A stretch of DNA of 64,000 nt. Source: Minisyncoccota bacterium. GTDB lineage: Bacteria > Patescibacteriota > Minisyncoccia > Phycocordibacterales > UBA2100. Location of the stretch: assembly GCA_043780835.1 (NCBI GenBank), contig JAYWCB010000010.1, positions 2,845 through 66,844 on the forward strand, in the 5' to 3' direction. Shown here piece after piece: positions 1 through 9,701 of the stretch. The notes under the pieces are model-generated. The model ran no database searches. It saw only the letters and a list, made by a program, of their open reading frames with translations, and had not been told where the DNA came from. Every line of letters starts with the position of its first letter. The stretch's first letter is position 1. Made by a program: the position numbers and the translations under genes.

Positions 1-43
1 CAGTCTAGGCATCCACCATACGCCCTTACTCAGAACTCCCGCT
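1..43 (-). rRNA. rrl: 23S rRNA, 5'-terminal fragment (gene continues beyond left window edge)
   Basis: Reverse complement of 1-43 reads GGAGTTCTGAGTAAGGGCGTATGGTGGATGCCTAGACTG, matching the conserved 23S 5' end (…AAGGGCGCACGGTGGATGCCTTGGC…). Confidence 0.45.
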
Positions 44-667
44 AGGAATTCTGAGAACCGCGTAACTCGACTTGTCTTCTGGCACCGCTGCCTTTCCAAC
101 AAGTCATTGCTTTCTGCGTACCCCCTTACAAGAGGAGTACGACTTTTTTGATACTTTCGTATCGATTTGCTTGTCCACTTTCGTGGAACAATTTTTCCTA
201 CATCTCATTTGGGAAAGACCTTCTGTCTACCTTTCGGCAAATCAGGAGAACCCATTTGAGAGTTTTATTCTTGTTTGTATCCGTGACACAAAAGAAAAAT
301 CTTTATACATTACAAAGAAAAATCCCCTGCGATCAGGATTCTTGTTTCGCTCTTCGTGTGTCAACGAGCAAACGTATATGTTTTGCATCGATTACTCGAG
401 CATGAAAAAGACCGCTTTCGCGGCCACCGATACACGTGAGTTTCCTCCCGTCTAAGGCAGCCGATTTGCAGTGCTTTCCGAACACATACGTGAAAAGGAG
501 TATAGGCGAGGCGCTCCGGTATGTCAAATAAATGGCTAAGCTCTGCCCCCTGTGGACAATCGTGGGGATAGACTGGGGATAGTCATGTGAATAAAACGGC
601 TTGAAATCAATGGAAATACAAAGAAACAAGCCCTATGGGAGCTTGTTTCTTTGTATATTCTTTGGAC

Positions 668-976
668 TTAACGATTATTATCCTGCTGATTGCCGCGATT
701 ACCTTGCTGGCTTCCCTGCTGATGAGCCTGGTTGTTCTGACCATTTTGGCTATTTTGGCTATTTTGGCTATTTTGACCGCGTGCCTGTCCGCCTTTTCGT
801 CCTGCTTCTGATGCCTTCTGCCGGTCGTTGGCAAAGTTTGCCGGATTATTTTCCTTGCCCTGCGACTGTCCGCCCTTGGATGCGATTTCTCGCTGCTTGT
901 CTTGGTCCATTGAGGCGAACCCGCGGTTACTTGTATCCCCCTGATTTTGATTTCGATTATTATTGTTATCTGCCAT
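668..976 (-). CDS. KGG-repeat general stress protein (YciG/GsiB-like), Q/N/G-rich
   Basis: Translation has ASKGGQ and RKGGQARGQN KGG-type motifs plus a QNS repeat. The plus-strand ORF 601..981 (HFGYFGYF) is its antisense. Confidence 0.55.
   Translation of the reverse strand: MADNNNNRNQNQGDTSNRGFASMDQDKQREIASKGGQSQGKENNPANFANDRQKASEAGRKGGQARGQNSQNSQNSQNGQNNQAHQQGSQQGNRGNQQDNNR
743..775. repeat. 9-bp tandem repeat (attttggct x3-4) inside the KGG stress gene, encoding QNSQNSQNS
   Basis: Direct reading of tattttggctattttggctattttggctatttt. Confidence 0.8.
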
Positions 977-1015
977 GGTGATGATGTGAGTGAATAATGA
1001 TGATGTGATGAGCGA

Positions 1016-1156
1016 CTATTCGTTCGTGTCTTTTGCGGTTTGGTCGTGATCAAGTTTCGACGTATTTTGTTGGGTCTTTTCAGTCTGCAGATCGTCGTCT
1101 CGCATGCTTGAGGTTTTGTCCGACTGCTTGTTCTGATCGTCGTTTTTTTGATTCAT
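1016..1156 (-). CDS. small hydrophilic protein (46 aa, D/Q/K/N/T-rich), hydrophilin-like
   Basis: Manual translation gives MNQKNDDQNKQSDKTSSMRDDDLQTEKTQQNTSKLDHDQTAKDTNE. It sits in tandem with the KGG proteins and is below the ORF-track length cutoff. Confidence 0.3.
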   Translation of the reverse strand: MNQKNDDQNKQSDKTSSMRDDDLQTEKTQQNTSKLDHDQTAKDTNE

Positions 1157-1182
1157 AGTGAGTGAATGAGTTGGTTGATAGA

Positions 1183-1347
1183 TTACCGATTCCCGCGACT
1201 CGACCCCGATGAACGGGCGCCGTGACTTGCTTTGCCACCTTTCGAAGCGATCTCGCGCTGTTTTTCTTTATCCATCGAGGCAAATCCGCGATTGCTCGTG
1301 CCCGAGCTATTGGAACCTGTTCGTGAATTCGAATTTGAACGTGCCAT
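1183..1347 (-). CDS. small KGG-motif stress protein (54 aa)
   Basis: Manual translation gives MARSNSNSRTGSNSSGTSNRGFASMDKEKQREIASKGGKASHGARSSGSSRGNR. It shares the RGFASMD(K/Q)(E/D)KQREIASKGG segment with the 668..976 product. Confidence 0.5.
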   Translation of the reverse strand: MARSNSNSRTGSNSSGTSNRGFASMDKEKQREIASKGGKASHGARSSGSSRGNR

Positions 1348-1470
1348 ATTTTTTGTAAGGCATAACGCTGGTGATTAATATTCGACCGGCTTGTGAGCAA
1401 TAGTGACGCAACAGCAATGAAGCACCGGTTAAAGCGGCGCTGTAAGAATTCATGTGCAATTGCACGAGCT

Positions 1471-2160
1471 TTATCGCTCTGTAACAACCTCTTCAGCTTT
1501 CTGAAGATCTTCCGGATCTGAAATCTGAAACCAGAATGTAGCAGGTTCAAGCGTTATCGGTATGCCAGATACCTTCGAAGCTGCGAGAACTGTTTGCGGT
1601 AATCCGAATTCATTGCTCCCCTCACTTTTGGGGACCATGGGACATTGAAACAGGCGTGTGTCGAGAACATACATACTAGTTCCGATAATGCCGGGCTTGC
1701 CGCCGTGCGACCCCTCATCGATTCGATCAATGGTTCCGTCTTCGAGAAGAATAATTCGGCCGCCGGAAACAATGGGTGCCTCGTGCACTTGCATTACCCA
1801 GTCAGCTTTTGTAAGACAACGATTCGCATCATCTTTTGAATACATATCGTCCGACATCAAAACCATAAAGCGATCTTTCAAAAGCGGCGCAGCGCGCCAG
1901 AGCGCACCTGCCGTACCGTCGAGGACCTCCTGTTCTACATATAAAAGCTTTTTGCCGTTGTACTCGTTGCCCAGACGCTCTCGAATGAGATTTCCGAGAT
2001 ACCCCACAACAATAACGACTTCGTCGATTGAGTTCGGCAGGATATCGAGTTCTTGCTCGAGTAGTGATTTACCGGCAACTTCCAAAAGCGGCTTCGGACG
2101 AGATTCCGTGAGTACTCCCATTCTGGTTCCGCGACCTGCTGCCAAAATCACTGCTTGCAT
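1471..2160 (-). CDS. sugar-phosphate nucleotidyltransferase (NTP_transferase family)
   Basis: N-terminal AILAAGRGTRMG motif typical of glucose-1-P thymidylyl/guanylyltransferases. Confidence 0.7.
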   Translation of the reverse strand: MQAVILAAGRGTRMGVLTESRPKPLLEVAGKSLLEQELDILPNSIDEVVIVVGYLGNLIRERLGNEYNGKKLLYVEQEVLDGTAGALWRAAPLLKDRFMVLMSDDMYSKDDANRCLTKADWVMQVHEAPIVSGGRIILLEDGTIDRIDEGSHGGKPGIIGTSMYVLDTRLFQCPMVPKSEGSNEFGLPQTVLAASKVSGIPITLEPATFWFQISDPEDLQKAEEVVTER

Positions 2161-2193
2161 CTGACGATGATAGCAAAAAAAACTTACCGGTAG

Positions 2194-3099
2194 CTAGCGA
2201 TAATTTACCTCCGCCTTCTTCGCGACAATACCCGCATTGGTCCGTACACACCAACTGACTATTTCTGTTACTTCGTTGCCATAGCCATACACCATCCAGG
2301 TCATGTCGAGACCGGAGCCTAAAACCGGTACGGAAATTGTCATAGTAGGGTCACTCGCAGGAGGCGTTCGGCTCAATACACGAGCCCACTGTCTCAGCTT
2401 GTCGGCTTTTTGCTCCTCCGTGTACCCCATGTCTTTCCAATGACGCAGAAGTTGCCGGCTAAATTCAGATACCGCATCAAAAACGGCGCTTCTCATTTTC
2501 TGATTCTCCTTTGCCGGTGGATACGCACCGATAACACCTAAATACATCAGCGCTGAATTGCCCCACACAGAACCTTTTTTCCGGATCTCATCTTTCAGTT
2601 CCTGCATCAGATCCACGCCTTCTGGTGAACGCGCGAATTCGGGCAATATGACGGACACACTTTCTGAAGGATCGGTCGCCTTTTCAATAGCTGTCGCAGT
2701 TATGTCAACGCGCGGCTGTGCCTCGTCGACCGGTGCTTGTTCCGCCGGCACACGTGCCGGTTCAGTATGCGCAACGTGCTCAAGCGCCTGAGCCGCTGGA
2801 ACAGCTAAAGCCCCAGAGTCGGGTGATACGAAATCAAGCACGCCGAGTAAACTTCTATAAGATTTTGCATCTTCAGCTGATAGTTCCAATTCATCTCTTC
2901 CGGCGAAGTATCCATTTGCAAGGCTTACGACGTCATTGGCGGCCTGGTCATGTTCCGTATATTGAACTCTGGATATGTACTTGTCGCTGCGGATCCTCCG
3001 CGCCATTTCCTGCAGATCCTCTATCTTGATCCGCATCGGTCCTTCTGTCGTGAGTTTCCGTTGCTCAGACATACCCGTAGTCTGCTTAAACTTTTCCAT
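2194..3099 (-). CDS. hypothetical protein
   Basis: Long ORF with no recognisable motif; true start may be an internal Met. Confidence 0.4.
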   Translation of the reverse strand: MEKFKQTTGMSEQRKLTTEGPMRIKIEDLQEMARRIRSDKYISRVQYTEHDQAANDVVSLANGYFAGRDELELSAEDAKSYRSLLGVLDFVSPDSGALAVPAAQALEHVAHTEPARVPAEQAPVDEAQPRVDITATAIEKATDPSESVSVILPEFARSPEGVDLMQELKDEIRKKGSVWGNSALMYLGVIGAYPPAKENQKMRSAVFDAVSEFSRQLLRHWKDMGYTEEQKADKLRQWARVLSRTPPASDPTMTISVPVLGSGLDMTWMVYGYGNEVTEIVSWCVRTNAGIVAKKAEVNYR

Positions 3100-3181
3100 T
3101 TCCTCATGATGGCATGTGATACCAAAAATAGAAACCGCCAGCGTAGCTGGCGGTTTCCGGTCGAGGAGTGTGGGGGTCGAA

Positions 3182-3874
3182 TTAATCCTTGTGATGTGCT
3201 ATTTCCGAGCGGATGCGCTCGATAGCACGAGCAGCAGCGTCTTTCCCGCCGAGGCCAAACGCGAGACCGAACGCGAGTGATGCAGCAATGACAATTCCGG
3301 TGAAAAGTGTTTGCACAAATTCTGTCGCAACACCGAGCTGATTCAGTGCCGCGAGAACCGCGGTCACCCAGATCGCCCACTTAGCGACTGCGCCTGCCAA
3401 GTTCGCACCATGTGCGCCGGCGGCGCGAGCAGATCCCGCAACCAGGCCTCGTACCACTTCGGCAACGATCGCACCGAGAATCAATATGAGGGCCGCGACG
3501 ATTACCTGAGGCAGGTACAAGAGCACCACCGTCTGCAAGAAGATCGTCACTCGTGTGAGCCCGAGAATATCGAGAGACGCAACGAGAAACACCAAAACAA
3601 CGAACCACTGCACGAGTGTGCCCAAGATGTGTCCGACATCAAGATGAAACCCTGCTGATCGAGCCGCTTCGTCCATACCGGCGCTCCGCAATGCTTCGTT
3701 CAGTCGCAGTACGCGCACAATCTCTACAACGACGCGATAGAGTATCACGCCCACGATCCACCCGATCACAAACACAATCACTGCCGCAATGATTGCGGGC
3801 AGGAATTGCGCAACCGTATACCAGAGGTCGCTGAATGAGCCTTGCACCGCTCCCGCTGATTGAGTAACTAACAT
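3182..3874 (-). CDS. integral membrane protein with duplicated conserved-TM-helix repeats (MscS-associated type)
   Basis: Two internally similar hydrophobic repeats (…QTVVLLYLPQVIVAALILILGAIVA… and …VQWFVVLVFLVASLDILGL…). Confidence 0.5.
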   Translation of the reverse strand: MLVTQSAGAVQGSFSDLWYTVAQFLPAIIAAVIVFVIGWIVGVILYRVVVEIVRVLRLNEALRSAGMDEAARSAGFHLDVGHILGTLVQWFVVLVFLVASLDILGLTRVTIFLQTVVLLYLPQVIVAALILILGAIVAEVVRGLVAGSARAAGAHGANLAGAVAKWAIWVTAVLAALNQLGVATEFVQTLFTGIVIAASLAFGLAFGLGGKDAAARAIERIRSEIAHHKD

Positions 3875-4006
3875 ATATATGTATAAACCTATATTAAAGA
3901 AAAAGTATTAAGGTACGGTTTCGACCCCGTATACCGTTATGATAGCAATCTCGTTCATGGAGACGGCTCCCTTTGGGGAGCCGTGTGGATAGTTCTTTTT
4001 GACGAT

Positions 4007-4645
4007 TTATAACAGCCGCGTTTTGTCCAAGAGCACAACGTGCGGGAAATCGAGCGTGTCGCGAATGAGGCGGTCTTTGACAGTGATGCGGTATCGAAAC
4101 TCTGGAGTTGTAAACGCAGCGTAGCGGATTTCCCGACCAAACGCCGGCTCGAGCGAACGAACAGCTTTTTCCAAACGGCGCTCATTAATAGAGTCGGATG
4201 CGATCAGAATATCTGCCGGCCGCGTATCGTCGCCCATAAATGATCCGGAGAGGATGACTGCGGAGATTCTGCCGCCGCGCTTCAGCGCACCGACAATACT
4301 GTCGTAACGGACCGGCGAGACTTCGTGAATGAGCGCGGAAACTGCGCGCAAGTGTTTGAATTCACTGTTCGTAGACCACGCTGCCACTTTTGCATTACCT
4401 TTTACGACGCGTTTTGATTTGTTTGCGAGCGTAATCGATACCGCGCGGGCCGGTTTTACCATGCCGATTTTCACCAGCGATTTCACTTCTTTCAGCACCG
4501 CCTTTGGTGCAACCCCGCTCCGCTTCGAGATATCCGAGACAGTCATGACATCGTTTGTATTAAACACAAAAACACGCAGAATTCGGGCACGGTTCTTATT
4601 GTTAAGAAACTCGGGGAGAAAATCGTCTTTCAGTACAGCAGTCAT
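4007..4645 (-). CDS. wHTH plus minimal nucleotidyltransferase-like domain protein
   Basis: N-terminal HTH-like segment; C-terminal ILSGSFMGDDTRPADILIASD resembles the GS…D.D NTase motif. Confidence 0.4.
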   Translation of the reverse strand: MTAVLKDDFLPEFLNNKNRARILRVFVFNTNDVMTVSDISKRSGVAPKAVLKEVKSLVKIGMVKPARAVSITLANKSKRVVKGNAKVAAWSTNSEFKHLRAVSALIHEVSPVRYDSIVGALKRGGRISAVILSGSFMGDDTRPADILIASDSINERRLEKAVRSLEPAFGREIRYAAFTTPEFRYRITVKDRLIRDTLDFPHVVLLDKTRLL

Positions 4646-4712
4646 AGGCTCATACTACTACCCTCTCGATAGTCCAAATGGGGTGAAGTGTGGATAGATC
4701 GATAGACCCGTA

Positions 4713-5210
4713 TTAGACGGCTTGGTCAATTTTTATGATTTTGTGAGAATAATCACCCAATGCCGCTACTAGCGCATGAATGGATTTTTTTAGCACTGGA
4801 TGGATTAATTTTCCCGCGATGTCTGCAAGCGGCACGAGCACGAATGCCCGCTCGTGCATTCGTGGATGCGGAATGGTGAGCGTACTCGTGCGAAGCGAAA
4901 TAGACTCGTACAGCAAAAGATCGACATCGATCACCCGAGGGTCGAATTTACCCGCCTTTCTACGCCCCATCGCCTTTTCGATCATCTGACACTTTTCAAA
5001 CGCTCGCTCCGGTGAGAGGTCAGTTTGCACTCGACAGCAGATATTCAAACAGCGCGGTTTGCCGGGTCGGTAGAGCTTGTCGGTTACGTACATTGCCGAC
5101 GACTTTAGAATGCGAAACTCCGGTCCAAAGAGCCGCATTGCTTGTTCGAGGTTAGCCTCGCTGTGCCCGAGGTTGCTGCCCAGTCCTATGTAGACCGTGG
5201 CCATATACAC
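4713..5210 (-). CDS. folK: 2-amino-4-hydroxy-6-hydroxymethyldihydropteridine pyrophosphokinase (HPPK)
   Basis: IGLGSNLG, PRVIDVDLLLY and HPRMHERAFVLVPL motifs. Start is probably the third codon (Met3, 5204). Confidence 0.75.
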   Translation of the reverse strand: MYMATVYIGLGSNLGHSEANLEQAMRLFGPEFRILKSSAMYVTDKLYRPGKPRCLNICCRVQTDLSPERAFEKCQMIEKAMGRRKAGKFDPRVIDVDLLLYESISLRTSTLTIPHPRMHERAFVLVPLADIAGKLIHPVLKKSIHALVAALGDYSHKIIKIDQAV

Positions 5211-5324
5211 TCATCCTACCCTGTTTAAATTTGAATACAATCCGGTTTCTTCATGTGTTCGCTGAATTGACTTCTGGGTACTCATGGGGTCTTATGTGTT
5301 CGGGATATATTGTAGGAGCTGAGA

Positions 5325-5648
5325 ATGCACGAAATAAGCGAAGTGCTTGATTGGAAATTCGAGCGCCTTGAACTGCGAGGCCGCAGTCACGACTATTTGA
5401 AAAAACTTTACGGCCAGCATACTCTTGTACGTGAACTGGTTACACTACCGGTGACCACACTGACTGCGCACATACGAGCGAGCCACAAACGACCGGGGCC
5501 GATTGTGAATGACATCAAAGAATCACTCATGAATCATGGTCTTGAGCTCGGAACTGATCCGGCCAAACTGCCACACTCCGTTCATTCGAACGTGCGCGAT
5601 CTTTCGAAACTAGCGATAGCAACTCAAGCGGCTTCGGTGAAGCAGTAG
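5325..5648 (+). CDS. hypothetical protein
   Basis: Non-overlapped ORF in an otherwise empty stretch. Confidence 0.35.
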   Translation: MHEISEVLDWKFERLELRGRSHDYLKKLYGQHTLVRELVTLPVTTLTAHIRASHKRPGPIVNDIKESLMNHGLELGTDPAKLPHSVHSNVRDLSKLAIATQAASVKQ

Positions 5649-5679
5649 CCGCAGCGCTCCAAAAGGAAGGGAGGAAACC

Positions 5680-5904
5680 GTGCCCATCATCCACAATAGT
5701 CCGCGACGGACTATCATCGTGATCGATGAGGATGTTGGTAGCGTAACCGTGAGTATGACCAGGAAGCGTGCATGTCGTGAATCCGAACCAGAGCTTGCAC
5801 TCGATAAGGCGATCGTTCCTGATCAAGAATCCGCATTCGAACTTGTACACCAACATTTCGGTATGAGTGATGCCGAACTGAACGCTCTCATGAGAGCCAC
5901 ATGA
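5680..5904 (+). CDS. hypothetical small protein
   Basis: ORF followed by the bidirectional terminator at 5907. Confidence 0.35.
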   Translation: MPIIHNSPRRTIIVIDEDVGSVTVSMTRKRACRESEPELALDKAIVPDQESAFELVHQHFGMSDAELNALMRAT

Positions 5905-5906
5905 CC

Positions 5907-5934
5907 AAAAACCCGGCAGTGATGCCGGGTTTTT
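5907..5934. terminator. bidirectional intrinsic terminator (aaaaacccggcagtgatgccgggttttt)
   Basis: GC hairpin flanked by an A-tract and a T-tract, between convergent genes. Confidence 0.7.
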
Positions 5935-5963
5935 AATGTGAGCGTGTGCTCGGTTTGATTGAA

Positions 5964-6323
5964 TTACTTCAATGCGACCTTCCCACCGGCGGTTTCGATT
6001 TTTGCCTTGAGGGCTTCTGCGTCCTCCTTCTTCATACCCTGCTTGAGCATAGCCGGAGCTGATTCAACGAGGGTCTTGGATTCTGCGAGGCCGAGTGCCA
6101 ACGCCTCCTTAACCACCTTGATAACAGCGATTTTCTGTTCACCGAACGACGTAAGCTCGACATCGAACTCGGTCTTTTCGTCAGCCGCTGCTGCGCCTGC
6201 CGGTCCGGCAACTGCAACCGCCGCTGCGGATACGCCCCACTTCTCTTCGATTGTTTTCACGAGCGTATTGAGCTCGAGAACCGTCATCTTTTCGACTGCC
6301 TCTATGATTTGATCATTTGTCAT
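5964..6323 (-). CDS. rplL: 50S ribosomal protein L7/L12
   Basis: [19 protein letters not shown]… Ala-rich hinge … [15 protein letters not shown]. Start taken at the internal Met (6323). Confidence 0.9.
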   Translation of the reverse strand: MTNDQIIEAVEKMTVLELNTLVKTIEEKWGVSAAAVAVAGPAGAAAADEKTEFDVELTSFGEQKIAVIKVVKEALALGLAESKTLVESAPAMLKQGMKKEDAEALKAKIETAGGKVALK

Positions 6324-6354
6324 ATTGTATAAATGATTGTTGTTCAATAAATAA

Positions 6355-6849
6355 TTACTGTTTTGTTCCTGCGACCGCGTCGAGCACAACAGCGAATCGC
6401 TGGCGCGGCGAATTAATCACCTGCGCAAACATTCCGCGCAGTACCTGCAGCGATGGGATGGTCGCGATCTCTTCCATTTGTGCACGATTCACAATCTTAC
6501 CCTCGAAAATTCCTCCGAGAATCTGAACGCGATTCGTCAATTTCTTTCCGAACTCATGCACGATGCGTGCGGCGACAGTGGCGTCGTCGCCTCCGCCGTA
6601 TGCAGCAGCCACTTCTCCGTCGAGGGTCATACCTTCGGTCGAGTGACCAAGCTTCTGAAGCGCGAGGCGGATGAGTGTCTTTTTTGCGACCGTGTATTTT
6701 ACGTTGTCTGAGCGCAGTGCACGGCGCATTGCCGTTTCGTCTGCGACAGTGATACCGCGAAAGTGTACAAAGACTGTCGATGTAGCAGACTTGAAAGACT
6801 CTGCGAGCGCATCGATGACCTGCCCTTTCTGTTCTCTGGTTTTAGCCAT
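6355..6849 (-). CDS. rplJ: 50S ribosomal protein L10
   Basis: [20 protein letters not shown]… is typical L10, directly upstream of rplL. Start taken at the internal Met (6849). Confidence 0.85.
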   Translation of the reverse strand: MAKTREQKGQVIDALAESFKSATSTVFVHFRGITVADETAMRRALRSDNVKYTVAKKTLIRLALQKLGHSTEGMTLDGEVAAAYGGGDDATVAARIVHEFGKKLTNRVQILGGIFEGKIVNRAQMEEIATIPSLQVLRGMFAQVINSPRQRFAVVLDAVAGTKQ

Positions 6850-7046
6850 GTGCAAAAAAGTTACGTCTGTTACTAACAAGGCTGTCCGTCCCGAACGGAT
6901 TCGGGAAGACGGAGTGTTCGACCTCGGCAAGACTGACTCTCCGTTTGGAGACGCTCGCGTTCTCTGGCCTTGTGCGACGTATAATACTGATTTTATTGAG
7001 CGCGTCAAATAGCGATTTTACCGGCAGGGTTATGATTGAAGCGGTA

Positions 7047-7074
7047 TTGACTTTAAATTAATTAGTGTTAATAT
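7047..7074 (+). promoter_or_regulatory. sigma70-like promoter (TTGACT, 16-nt spacer, TGnTAATAT extended -10)
   Basis: Read directly, about 30 nt upstream of ORF 7107. Confidence 0.4.
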
Positions 7075-7106
7075 ACAGCTAGTTTCCTCTATGCGGAGTT
7101 ACCGGC

Positions 7107-7358
7107 ATGTCGCTATTTGCAACTCGTTATCGCACTCTTCCTACCGAGGCCAAAACGCTTCTGTCGGTCACGAACAAAGAATGCGGATTCGGCGTCGCTG
7201 CCGAACTCTGTCAGCATCTATTCAAAATGCATCACGATGGAATCGACGACCGATTCTGGGATAATGTCGACGATTCTGACGGCGCCGCGATTCTCGATAT
7301 CGCAAAGGCGCAGGGCATGAAAAAAGTCGGATCATTCGATCTGATGCAAATCGCATAA
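7107..7358 (+). CDS. hypothetical protein
   Basis: ORF with an upstream promoter-like element and a downstream terminator. Confidence 0.35.
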   Translation: MSLFATRYRTLPTEAKTLLSVTNKECGFGVAAELCQHLFKMHHDGIDDRFWDNVDDSDGAAILDIAKAQGMKKVGSFDLMQIA

Positions 7359-7433
7359 GTTCCCACGGACTGGAGGGCTCCATTACCGTGGCATCGCACA
7401 GCGCTCGTTCTTGCCCCGGAACAGTGCTGTGCC

Positions 7434-7473
7434 GGACTCCAGTATCGTTAGATACTGGAGTCCCTTCTTTTTA
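7434..7473 (+). terminator. intrinsic terminator (ggactccagtatcgttagatactggagtcc + T-tract)
   Basis: Perfect 13-bp stem followed by cttcttttt. Confidence 0.6.
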
Positions 7474-7579
7474 TTGCCGAACATCGGGCCATAACGGTAA
7501 GATGCCGACGGAACACTCCCGAGACAGTCCCCTCACTCTCTCGGAGTTAGAGCAGTGCCAGTGTCTGGTGCACTGCTTG

Positions 7580-7616
7580 AAACCCCGACCGCTTGTCCCA
7601 GCGGTCGGGGTTTTTT
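7580..7616. terminator. bidirectional intrinsic terminator
   Basis: aaaccccgaccgcttgtcccagcggtcggggtttttt. Confidence 0.65.
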
Positions 7617-7626
7617 CATTACTCAT

Positions 7627-7815
7627 TTATTGAACCTCTTCGAGCATCTTTGCTTTTGCCGCCGCCGCCGCCTGAGTTGTTGCACGTGCCGTAGCGTAGG
7701 AATTGACCGCATAGGTGAGTCCGAATGAGAGCGTGATCAGGGTCAAAAAACCCGTAAGGAATTTGATGAACGAACCCGCAGGTGTCGGCTGCTGCATAAT
7801 CCGATAATTATACAA
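7627..7815 (-). CDS. small membrane protein
   Basis: Hydrophobic 62-aa ORF bracketed by terminators. Confidence 0.35.
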   Translation of the reverse strand: MYNYRIMQQPTPAGSFIKFLTGFLTLITLSFGLTYAVNSYATARATTQAAAAAKAKMLEEVQ

Positions 7816-7817
7816 CG

Positions 7818-7845
7818 AAAGCCCGGCGTGAACGCCGGGCTTTTT
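7818..7845. terminator. intrinsic terminator (aaagcccggcgtgaacgccgggcttttt)
   Basis: Hairpin with flanking A-tract and T-tract, downstream of the M23 peptidase gene. Confidence 0.65.
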
Positions 7846-7846
7846 C

Positions 7847-8500
7847 TTAGGGAACTTTTACGAACTGGAGCGGGTTCGGGCACAATTTTTGCCATCGCTT
7901 CCACTCGCTCTGCGGACAGTAGCCGTCGATCGAATCGGGATCATCTGAAAACATCATCCATGCCTCTGCCGTCAACGCTTGGATATGCAGATGACTGAAC
8001 CATCCGCCGTTTTCGTGTGGCACACCGACCGTTGCAAAGATCTCTCCCGGCTTGAGTCGCTGAGTCAACTCGCACATCGGACGCGCAAGATGGGCATAGA
8101 TTAGCCATATCTGCGTATCTTTCAATTTCAGAAACACGCGATTTCCCCATCCATATGGCTCGGGATGATCGGTAGTGATACACACGACATGAGCATCACA
8201 ATCGATTGCGATTTCGGTACCTGCGGGAACGTTCACATCGATACCAAGATGCACGGGATCATCCATGCGGTCGAGGTACGTGCCACGCCATACGTGTCCA
8301 CGATGTTCACCGTATGATCCATACGACGCATCTACATTTCGGTGCGAATGGTATCGATCAAGTAACTCCTGTGTACCATCAGGTTGCGCATACGGATTTC
8401 TGACAGCACGGGATATACCTCTCTGTGCTGCATCAATACGGGAAATTGCATCAAGATCTACGGTTACGAGGCGCTTACCTCTGAGACTTGGAATTGTCAT
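7847..8500 (-). CDS. M23 family metallopeptidase (LytM-like)
   Basis: HLGIDVNVPAGTEI…, GWGNRVFL…YAHL and HLH motifs. Confidence 0.65.
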   Translation of the reverse strand: MTIPSLRGKRLVTVDLDAISRIDAAQRGISRAVRNPYAQPDGTQELLDRYHSHRNVDASYGSYGEHRGHVWRGTYLDRMDDPVHLGIDVNVPAGTEIAIDCDAHVVCITTDHPEPYGWGNRVFLKLKDTQIWLIYAHLARPMCELTQRLKPGEIFATVGVPHENGGWFSHLHIQALTAEAWMMFSDDPDSIDGYCPQSEWKRWQKLCPNPLQFVKVP

Positions 8501-8572
8501 AACATTCCCCTTCTATTGAATCTGTCGCAACCCTATCAAACTGAATTCCCGGGTCAACGACAGACGATTTTT

Positions 8573-8612
8573 ACAAAAATACAGCGCGGTCTGGTGACCG
8601 CGCTGTAAAAAC
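8573..8612. terminator. bidirectional intrinsic terminator
   Basis: acagcgcggtctggtgaccgcgctgt flanked by an A-tract and a T-tract. Confidence 0.6.
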
Positions 8613-8613
8613 A

Positions 8614-9321
8614 TTAGAGAACTTTATAGATATTGATTCTGCATTCCGCGGTGAGTCGGAAGCCGCGCGTCCGCAAAAATTCAAGGGCAACCGCGGTATC
8701 AACCGTCGGCTTTGTGGCATGTAGAAATTCGGGAATTGTCGTAAGTTCAAACGTGGCCTCTTCTATTGTTTCTCCCACGTGTGCGATTGCAGGGTGCGTG
8801 CGCATCGCACGCATTGCGGCTCGTTTTGCGAACGTTTTGTCGCCGCCGTTAATGCCGAGTTCGCGCTCAGCGTCGAAAAAAGATCCTTTAAATCCCGGCT
8901 CAAGAATGACGACGTGCGAATTCCACCGCAACACGCGAACCGCTTCGTCGAGTGCGGTTTCCATCATGTTCACCGGCACCTTGTGGAGCGAGAGTGAAAA
9001 GACCGCAATATCGAATACGCCACCTCCAACCGGTAAATCGATGAGTGATCCCCGCTCAAACCTTGCATGTGGTATAGCGCGTGCCTTTGCGCGACGAATA
9101 TTGAACGCATGCGGATCGATACCATAGAGGAGTCGCGGATTTCGCTGTGCGAACTCCGCAGTGTACCGACCGTCACCGCATCCGATTTCAATAATGCCGG
9201 AGCCTGCGAGCCCTATCTTTTGATCAAGGAGCTTCACGAATGAGTCTTCGGATCGCTTCATGTTCGATCTCCCCTGTTTTGATCTTCCTGCCGGCACTAT
9301 ATACCGAGTGGCCCAATACAC
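8614..9321 (-). CDS. class I SAM-dependent methyltransferase
   Basis: IIEIGCGDGRYT glycine-rich SAM motif. Start may be the internal MKRSED (9261). Confidence 0.65.
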   Translation of the reverse strand: MYWATRYIVPAGRSKQGRSNMKRSEDSFVKLLDQKIGLAGSGIIEIGCGDGRYTAEFAQRNPRLLYGIDPHAFNIRRAKARAIPHARFERGSLIDLPVGGGVFDIAVFSLSLHKVPVNMMETALDEAVRVLRWNSHVVILEPGFKGSFFDAERELGINGGDKTFAKRAAMRAMRTHPAIAHVGETIEEATFELTTIPEFLHATKPTVDTAVALEFLRTRGFRLTAECRINIYKVL

Positions 9322-9692
9322 TAGTCGTATTTACTTTGGGCGATATGGTAGTGCGGCAGGATTACTTTTTTATATAAAATGACGAGCGTGATTGTACTGA
9401 GTACAAGTACTGCGAGTGTGGATACAAGTGATTTCGCCTCGAGCTTTCCGACTGCAGTCGGTGTGATTAGAACGGCGCACATAGACGCGATGGTCCACGG
9501 GACTGCAAAGCGAAACCACCATCGATAGGCTTCGCCCTTCACCCACTGCATCGCGTAAAGCGCAGCTAAGAGCGGTAGTGTTGGAAGCAGTGCGTATGCA
9601 AGCCCCTGCCCAAATGAGCCACCACCAAACAACCAAAGAAGCGTGAGTAATCCCACGCAGGCCATCAGCACCCATTTGAGCTGATCCCTCAT
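9321..9692 (-). CDS. polytopic membrane protein
   Basis: Several hydrophobic segments. Confidence 0.4.
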   Translation of the reverse strand: MRDQLKWVLMACVGLLTLLWLFGGGSFGQGLAYALLPTLPLLAALYAMQWVKGEAYRWWFRFAVPWTIASMCAVLITPTAVGKLEAKSLVSTLAVLVLSTITLVILYKKVILPHYHIAQSKYD

Positions 9693-9701
9693 CCCCCTAT
9701 C

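Noticed and set aside
72-629. ORFs 72..455, 148..405, 333..629 as protein genes
   Set aside because: They lie in the 23S rRNA 5' leader, overlap one another, and show no protein-like composition.
601-981. Plus-strand ORF with an HFGYFGYFGYF repeat
   Set aside because: It is antisense to the KGG stress-protein gene, and the repeat is the mirror of that gene's QNS codon repeat.
3955-4185. 76-aa ORF
   Set aside because: It overlaps the 3' end of the 4007..4645 gene in another frame and has no start context.
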